Shown: positions 54,494 to 64,000 of the stretch, piece by piece
How positions within the stretch are numbered: the stretch's first letter is position 1
Layout of the letters: each line of letters begins with the position of its first letter
Origin: Octopus vulgaris
Taxonomy: Eukaryota
Reading direction: 5' to 3'
NCBI GenBank assembly: GCA_951406725.2
Contig: OX597817.1
Span: 18,600,001-18,664,000 of the forward strand
Length of the DNA: 64,000 nt
The notes under the pieces: model-generated
Database searches by the model: none
Seen by the model: the letters and a program-made list of their open reading frames with translations, nothing else
What the model was told of the DNA's origin: nothing
Program-made: the position numbers and the translations under genes

Positions 54494-54815
54494 GAGCTGA
54501 CAGAATCGTCAGCACGGGCAAAATGCCTAGCGGCATTTCGTCTGCCACTACGTTCTGAGTTCAAATTCCGCCGAGGTCGACTTTGCTTTTCATCCTTTCG
54601 GGGTCGATTAAATAAGTACCAGTTACGCACTGGGGTCGATATAATCGACCTAATCCGTTTGTCTGTCCTTGTATGTCCTCTCTGTGTTTAGCCCCTTGTG
54701 GGTAGTAAAGAAATAGGCATTTCGTCTGTCTTTATGGTGAAACACTAGGTTCGAGGTAATCGACTTGTCTATCCCCATAATTTCAGGCTTTGTATCTTTA
54801 GTAAAAAAGATTATT
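54494..54815 (+). mobile_element. SINE B nested in an older B2-tail copy
   Basis: GGCATTTCGTCTG at 54532-54544 and 54716-54728; B2 tail follows. Confidence 0.75.
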
Positions 54816-54821
54816 AAATCA

Positions 54822-55045
54822 AGGTACGACGTCGAGCTGGCAGAATCGTTAGCAAGACGAGCAAAATGCTGGCGACATTTCGTCCGTCTTTAAATTTTGA
54901 GTTCAAATTCATCTGAGGTTGACTTTGCCTTTCATCCTTTGTTGTTCTATAAAATAAATAATAGTTGAGCATTAGGTATCGATCTAATCGACTTACCGTG
55001 ATCCTAAAATTTCTGGCCTTGTGTTAAAATTTGAAACCATTATTA
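54822..55045 (+). mobile_element. Old SINE B with B2 tail
   Basis: GAGCTGGCAGAATCGTTAGC head, core, AAATTTCTGGCCTTGTG tail. Confidence 0.7.
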
Positions 55046-55395
55046 AACTGAGTACCTTCTTTCTTCGTGATTATATTGCTCTTAAGCAGATATTCTTATG
55101 GCACATCTTGTAGTAGCTAAAATAGACGAGAAGTGCTCGTGTTTAATAGATTGATGTACAAGAATGGTTTTGATCAATGTTTAGTCTGGTGAGAAACTAT
55201 AGCATGTATGAAAGAAACTGGTGGGAGACTAAAGATCCGGCCGGAATGTTTGTTGAAGATACAATGGGACAGGGGGTGAGATCAAGCTGGAGAAGCTCTG
55301 GTCTATTCGACGGCATTCTGTTAAATCTCAGTCTACACAACTTTGCTAACAGACTTCCCTTCAAGTTTAAGTCGAAGACACTTGATCACCAAGCA

Positions 55396-55560
<165 letters not shown>

Positions 55561-56679
55561 CCTTTCTGCTACAGTCACACTCGATTACAACGACCTCAAC
55601 GCCCAACTCATACTTATTTTATCTACTACGATAGGATTGAAAAGCAAAGTTGACCTTGAAATCGAACGTAGAGTCAGAAGAATGTTGCTGAATAAACAAA
55701 AGTAGTTTCATGTTGCATGGTTGTGTATCCGCATGTGTCTTTTAAAAGAGAAGAGTTTATAGGTACGTGTATTAACGAAGTGCACAAGTGGAAGACTTGG
55801 AAGCCATAGAAAATAGAAATCCATCAAAAGCTTTCAGATGTAATAAGGTTGGATGCAATGTTAGAGGAATCAATGAAAAAAAGAATGTTACTTATTCATT
55901 GTAAAGATGTACAATTAGGTTGTTCCCTGCCCCAAAGGATGATACAAAGTGCTTTTCTACTGAACGGAATATATATAAGAAAAAAACAAAAACAAAACAA
56001 AAAATATTTGTTAATAGTTTCTCAATGGCTATATGATGACATGGAAGAGGACGAGAAGGAGGTGGTGGTACTGGTGGTGGTGGTGGTACTGGTGGTGGTG
56101 GTACTGGTAGTGTCTGAGTTATTTTATTATAGTTTACAGCAGGAGAAGTAAAGGCTATTAAAATAAACTTCTAATATTTTCTCAAGCTATCTATATAATA
56201 CAGCTCAATGACAAATTTGTTTAAGGCAGTACAAATATAGAATTATAAATAAATATACACACTCATGGAGTTTATAAGTAAACATCAACTACCTTCTCTT
56301 TGTTCATGATTGTAAGACAGACAAAAACTACTTGAAAATATCCGTCAAAATGAAAAAAAGTGGCGTTGCGATATTCGCAGCAATCTCTCTTAACACCATC
56401 ATCACTTCTACACCTAATTTGAGTAAACTGAACACATTTGGAGTTGTATCTGATATTCATTCCGAATTTTGTATAAATACCCGAATATCTTATTTCAAAC
56501 TCGCAATATTTCGTGGAATAAATTCTTAGCCAGAAATGGAAAAGATATGAATATTTTTGTCAATTTGCCTTTTGTCAAATACTTTTGTCAGATACAAAAT
56601 ATGAGTTTATATATGTGTGTATATATGGACGTTTGTCAGTGTGACTGATGATAGAGGAAAGCTAAACGTCTATAGATGC

Positions 56680-56797
56680 ATGAAGGATGAGAGGCAAACT
56701 GGACCTCGGTGGAATTTGAACTTAGAACGTACAGAAGGACGAAAAGCCGCTAAGCGTTTTGCCCCTCATGCTAACGATTCTCCCAGCTCACCGCTTT
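56680..56797 (-). mobile_element. SINE B head fragment
   Basis: GACCTCGGTGGAATTTGAACTTAGAACGTA...GCTAACGATTCTCCCAGCTCACCGC. Confidence 0.7.
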
Positions 56798-58824
56798 AGA
56801 CGCTCCCAAGTTTATTAGGGTCAGTCTGAATATACTAAGGGTTCTCTCACAATTGGTAGTTGAAATTGCAGTATCTGAGTACCTATATTCGAATACAGAA
56901 AAAGAAAAAAACTTTCATCCCAATAATGCAAGAAGAAAAAGAAAAAACTGCTTGAGAAGTTCCTCAGTTAAAAAATTTTAAATGCTTCGCGTGGTTTTCT
57001 AAGGCATCTTATAATCGAAAGTTTCTTCATGAAGATTGAATCCATGTCCAACTTTTGAGATAGAGTTTCTTTGAATTCTTTATTTTATGAATGATGTTGA
57101 TTCGATCTGAGTCGAGCAGTAATCCTTCAGTATAAACAGATAAATTTTGAATCCAAATAACGAATTCGAATAAATCTTTCTACTATTTAATTACTGAGAG
57201 GATTTTTTTCATCATTTTTCTCTTGTGGTGAACCGGTTGCCAGGGATTTGTTTTTTTTTTCTATGGTATTTTTTCAACCTGAATATTCTATTCCTCTCAG
57301 TTCCAAACAAGGTTGAATGGATTCACTGGACAATGCTGCTTATTTTCGTAAAAATAACCTAAAAGATCTCTTCCAACACGAGAGATATTGCGAATGTTCA
57401 TGTTATGATTTTAGAGTAGTTTTCGTGTACAGCCTTGTATTTATAGTTTAGTTTTAACTATCCTTGCGTAAATTCTACTATGATATCTAAGTATTATAAA
57501 GTAGCTTTATAAGTTTGGAACTCCATACAGTTTCAGATTCAGAGTTGGTACCTACTTGTAAGGTATCTTTCAACGTTTGCCAAAGGACTATTGAGAAACG
57601 ATATCATGTTTAAAACGGAAAAATTTCATTTAAAAAAATTGCCTTCAATATTCCACGATGAGTGAAAAAGTCTCTAAACCAAACAGAAAGACAGATTATT
57701 ACAAATTACAAATATAGCTTTGCAATTCTTTTCATTAATACTCCGTTGAACACTGCAATTTATAATCAGCCATGCCTGTAACATTTTCATACTATTGAAA
57801 ACGACAATCTTTTAATGAGATTTCGACATTTTACATGATATTCCAAGATTACTTCCACCATGTTCGTATCGTCATTTCTTTTAAATTTAATAATTCTACG
57901 AAAAAAGTTCTATTACAATAAAGATGTAGTATATGAAGTATGCAGTAAAGCTTAATGAATTGAAATATTATCGTTGAGAAACGGAAACAAATAAATGGCG
58001 GTGTACCTCTCAAAAGAGAGAGAATATAATTGGAAGAAAAACTAAAATTATAATCTTAAAATGAAAATATTTTTATGCTCAAGGGGAAATTTGATAGTGG
58101 TTCTCTGGGATGGCGACAATAAGTAATATTCCAGTATTCTTGTATCTCGCCAGTGAAGCATAGGAAACAATGGATATAGGATAATTTTCTAGATACATAG
58201 GACTTACACATTTTTGACAGCAGTAGTTAGAACAAGTGAAACAAAAGTAAGGAAAATAAACTTGGGGCTTGGATTGAGATGAAACAAGTATTTAAGAAAA
58301 ACCCTAGAAATACATTCTTAATGACTTTCTTGAACATTGTCTTTAAGCTGGAGCGAAAAATTATTGAGCTTATATTGAACAATACGAAAATATGCTATAT
58401 ATATATATGTATGTGTGGTGTATGTGTCTATGTGTGTGTGTGTGTGTGGGGGTTATGTCCTCCACCTCAGTTTAACAACAGGTGACGATTTTTCTATGTC
58501 CACATAATTAAACGATTCGGCAAAAGAAGCTGACTTAATAAATACCAGACATTTAAAAATTAAGTACGGCGATCAATTTGTTCGAATAAATTACAAGCCT
58601 CGCCACATGGTGGTTCTATCAGTTACCCTGTCGTTTCGCTCTCTAAATTTAATAAGTATGTCTTTCACTTGAGTGAATAACTGGTTGCTCATACGTGGAA
58701 ATCACATGGACTGTACATTACATGTAAACACGTACACACAAGCACACACGCATGTGTATGTGTGTGTGTGTGTCTGTGTATGTGCGCATGTGTGTCTTTG
58801 TGTGTGCATGTATTCTATTCCTTG

Positions 58825-58860
<36 letters not shown>

Positions 58861-58864
<4 letters not shown>

Positions 58865-59778
58865 AGAATTCACACAAAAATCAAAAGACGACGACAGGTA
58901 GTGTTGACAACAAACAGATGTATCAGTTTAACGCTCGGCAAGTGAAAAAGTTTTTAACGTTTCGAGCCTACGCTCTTCAACAGAAAGGAACACAGGAAGA
59001 AACAGGGATAGAAAATAAAGAATGTGTAGTGGCTAGCGATCTATCATGGAGAGTGCCGGACAGAAGGGTCACACAGGAGAGCTAGGGAGAAGGGGAGATA
59101 TTAAAGTAGTGGTGATCCCAAAACGAAGGTGCGCGTACGTGTGTTTAAGAGAGTTTGTATGTGCGTGTAGAAGAGGGCTGGTGACCTTGACTTGTGGATG
59201 TGTGCATGTGTAGGTGTGTGGATGATCGTGTAGGGCTGGGAGGTGGTCAGTGCTAGTGTGTGCGTGATGGTGTGATGTGATGTGGTGCTCTGTGGTATGA
59301 TGGTGTATGGTGTGGTGGTGTGTTGCGGTGCTTTTCGGATGTGGGGGAGGCGAGAATGGGGAAAGCAAGTGTGGGGTGTGGGTTAGGTTGAGGGTGGAGG
59401 TAGAGGTGGGGTATGTGGGAGTGGATGTAAGGGATAGGGTGGGGGTGGGATGGGATGGATAGGGAATGTGGGGTTGTATTGTGTAGGGGTGGGATTACGA
59501 GGGAGGGGTGACGATGAAGGGAGAGGGGGAAGGGAGAAGGTGGGTAGGAGTGAAGACAAGAGAGAAGGAGAGTGGGAGTAAAGAGAAGAAGTAGGAGTCG
59601 GAGCAAGAGAGGAGAGGTGGTTGAGAGGAATAGGTGTGAGAGGAAAAGAGGAGAGGGGTGGAGAGTTGCGCCCATGTGGCGTAAAGGAGCGAAGAGAGAT
59701 GATTAATCCCTGTTCACGGTGAAGACGGGAGTCCGGATGGCCCCTATGCAAGGATAATCCGAACACAGGCAGATGTTG

Positions 59779-59782
<4 letters not shown>
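58861..59782 (-). mobile_element. 5'-truncated Neptune-type PLE in (TA)n
   Basis: SRLHREQGLIISLRSFTPHGRN (GIY-YIG C-terminus), C/A-rich UTR, pLTR with HHR-like motif 58953-58986 (CUGUUGA); (TA)n on both sides. Confidence 0.8.
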
Positions 59783-59814
<32 letters not shown>

Positions 59815-59816
<2 letters not shown>

Positions 59817-59943
59817 ATTGTAGCGTGGAAGGTGTTTATAAGCCATTTAAAATACACAAAACCGTTAGATATACTTCAGCATTTAAATTTAATTTTTCAA
59901 AATATTCTCGTCGCTTTAAAACCACGACTTGCTCACTGACAGA
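59815..59943 (-). mobile_element. Single diverged arm of the G3-C8 HHR element
   Basis: UCUGUCA-GUGAGCA-A-GUCGU...GCGAC-GAGAAUAUUU-UGAAAAA; ends at CAATTGT like the other copies. Confidence 0.75.
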
Positions 59944-60634
59944 AATGCCGCTAAGCATTTTACCAGACGTGCTAATGATTTTGCCAGCTCGTCGCCTCAT
60001 ACCAAGAGTATAATAAGACTTAAGAAAGGGAGTGAAATAAGTGTTTTTTTTACTGCAAATATAGACAAAATACTAGAAACTGTTGGTGGCTGCAGAAATT
60101 ACAGAACTGCAGGTGAATCAAATGAGCGTAGTAGAATAGTAATTGGTGACTATGAACAAAAGTAAATGATGTGGACCAATGGATTCCCCATGAATATGTA
60201 GAGAGAATTAGAATAGAAATTGTATCCTAAGATCCAATCGAACACACCTATGGCCAAAGGTATTCCAACGGTAACCTCAAAGTTCTTCTCCTATGTATAA
60301 TGAATTCATGATTAAACTGAGTCATATGATCATTTTGAAAGAAGGCTGTGTGTTGTTGAGTGGAATTTGGCTGTGATGGTAGATATAGTGAAACTTGGTC
60401 AAAGGAAAGATAATTCAGTTTTGCGTAGGATCGATGTTGGGTATTACATTCAACCAAAAATAACATGTAAAGATACACACACACACTGAGACACACACAT
60501 ACACACAATTACACATACACACACATGCAAAGAACTTATTGGAGAGAGACGCACAGAAATCTAGGTCGTACAATCTTAGTTCATCTAAGCAAGACAGTGA
60601 AACAATGAGAGTGAAATATATACATGCAAACATA

Positions 60635-61030
60635 TACTTGGATACGTTGATAAGTTTCAGCCAGTATTGGTCCAGGACATGCCTAACTTAATAGCACCTC
60701 CTGGTGAAATCATTCAAATCAGGATTCGGACAACATAGCCCACTCAAGTAGAGAGTTAGATTTTTACGGAAACATAGCTTGGAGTAGAATGTTTATCCGG
60801 ATTCCTTGAAGGAATTTGTCAAAAGGCTTCTTGAACTTTTTGAGGGTCTGTTTCTGCTTTAATATGTTTAGGTGTAATGTTAAAGAGAGCGGGGCCAATT
60901 GAGGGGAAATAATTTTGCCGTATTCTTGTCAAGAGATGCGAGTGTGATTTGTTGTGGGCGGATAACACGGGGCCCAAGCATTGGGTGTATCTTACAGGTG
61001 ATACCAACATCAGTTGGGCAATGCTATGAA
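60635..61030 (-). pseudogene. CR1-group LINE 3' fragment
   Basis: NYFPSIGPALFNITPKHIK...FKK.FDKFLQ; tail GGTGC...CATG...CTGAAAC plus short repeats. Confidence 0.65.
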
Positions 61031-61089
61031 ATATCCATCCCTCCATCCATCCATCCATCCATCCATCCATCTATCCATCCATTCATCCA

Positions 61090-62749
<1,660 letters not shown>

Positions 62750-62889
62750 TATATCTAACAACATGAGCAGGAATGGAGAAAATCATATCCTTAACTGATG
62801 GTTACAACATACATTACCATTGTTTCTATTATTCTTTCTAGATCTAGATAACTGCTTGGCTTTATTAATCCTTTTTACCTTTTGTTTTA

Positions 62890-63270
62890 TACATACATAC
62901 ATTCATACATAAAAGGTGGCTGCCCCCTCGTTATCGAGTATGGTCATTGCACGAAGCTTAATCAATGTTGTTATAGTGCAATGCCTATGCAATAAGATTT
63001 TTTTAAAGTGAGGAAAGGCTGTGCACTGAGTCAATCACACTCACTAAGCAACAGCAGCCATAATCCGAAAAGAAGAAGAAGTCAACTTTATCGGTAACCA
63101 CTGAGCCGCAGGTTTTATGTCGGAGTTATCCCAGTTTCCTGAGTTACCTTCTCCTAGAAGGATGCCCTAACAAAGGCTAGGAGTCCTTCACTCCCAATGG
63201 TTTAACCGCGCGATCGGGTATTCAGTCCGATTATTTCTATGTCCTTGCGCATGATACAGCCTTAAGGCAT
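62890..63270 (-). mobile_element. Non-autonomous bipartite RTE derivative
   Basis: 3' 44 nt match 52474-52517 (42/44); 5' part has RTE-5'UTR-like CTAGGAGAAGGTAACTC...AAACC; no ORF. Confidence 0.6.
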
Positions 63271-63877
63271 TTATTGGATACATACATACATACATACATA
63301 CATACATACATACATACATACATACATAAAAAGCACACACATATACATACACGCTCGCATTCGTATACGTAGATATATGTATAAATATGCGTGTATATAT
63401 ATATATACATAGGGATTATTAGTATACCGTTAAAAGTAATCTGAGGCATAGATGGCAATGTTGTTTAACTGAGTATTATAAATATAGCACTTTATTCTTT
63501 CCCTTGCCATTTTTATCGCACAATGGCATTTAGGTTAAGAGATGTGGAGCGCAGTGATTTTTATTTATGCCTAATTTATCCGCAGTAACGGAACATGTTT
63601 GTGGAAGAGGTCAGCACAGTATTCAAGTAAGATGATCGTCTAAATGATTCAGATATTGAATGCCAATTCAAAACGTCCGGGAAAAAGATTCGAGGGAATA
63701 AAATTTAATTAAAGTACTATATAAATGTGACAGATTTCGTCCTTACTCCTAAGATGCTTAAAGGAAAGTCAATTATTGCTTTTCACAGGCAATGACTACA
63801 ATAACATGCAGCGTAAACACACAAATGCATTCAACTGGTGAATGGAAAATTAACCTATGTGACAGCTAGTGTCGTGT

Positions 63878-64000
63878 ATGATAACCACTCACTTAGTCCG
63901 TAAATGGAACAGCACTTTCATAATGGAACCAGCAGCTGCAGAAGCAATAGAAGCGGCTCTTTTCAAATTAGCAGGAAGATGTAATAGTATATCCTGCCAA
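63878..64000 (+). pseudogene. Possible hAT transposase remnant, truncated by window end
   Basis: VRKWNSTFIME...EAIEAAL resembles the hAT RWNST motif. Confidence 0.3.

Noticed and set aside
56622-56675. CUGAUGA inside a hairpin
   Set aside because: GAAA is absent; a simple inverted repeat explains it.

Overview
Eukaryotic, AT-rich, extremely microsatellite-dense non-coding DNA. The repeat families point to a cephalopod (Octopus-like) genome; this is inference. No intact host gene was found, and most listed ORFs are translated microsatellites. The window holds at least four tRNA-derived SINE families, Dong/R4 LINEs stacked in (TAA)n, RTE and CR1-type LINE 3' ends, a probable L1/Tx1-type 3' UTR, a decayed mariner, a hAT MITE, Helitron/Helentron derivatives and many Penelope-like element (PLE) remnants of the Naiad and Neptune types. 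The main signal is about 15 hammerhead-ribozyme (HHR)-like motifs in PLE pseudo-LTRs, mostly beside (TA)n. They show three versions of the core 3-8 tertiary pair: C3-G8, U3-A8 and G3-C8. The G3-C8 form belongs to a non-coding, fold-back element seen three times. A second signal is a SINE whose tail matches the L1/Tx1-type 3' UTR and which appears to insert repeatedly at one hairpin site in its own family. All folds and family names were read by eye, not computed.
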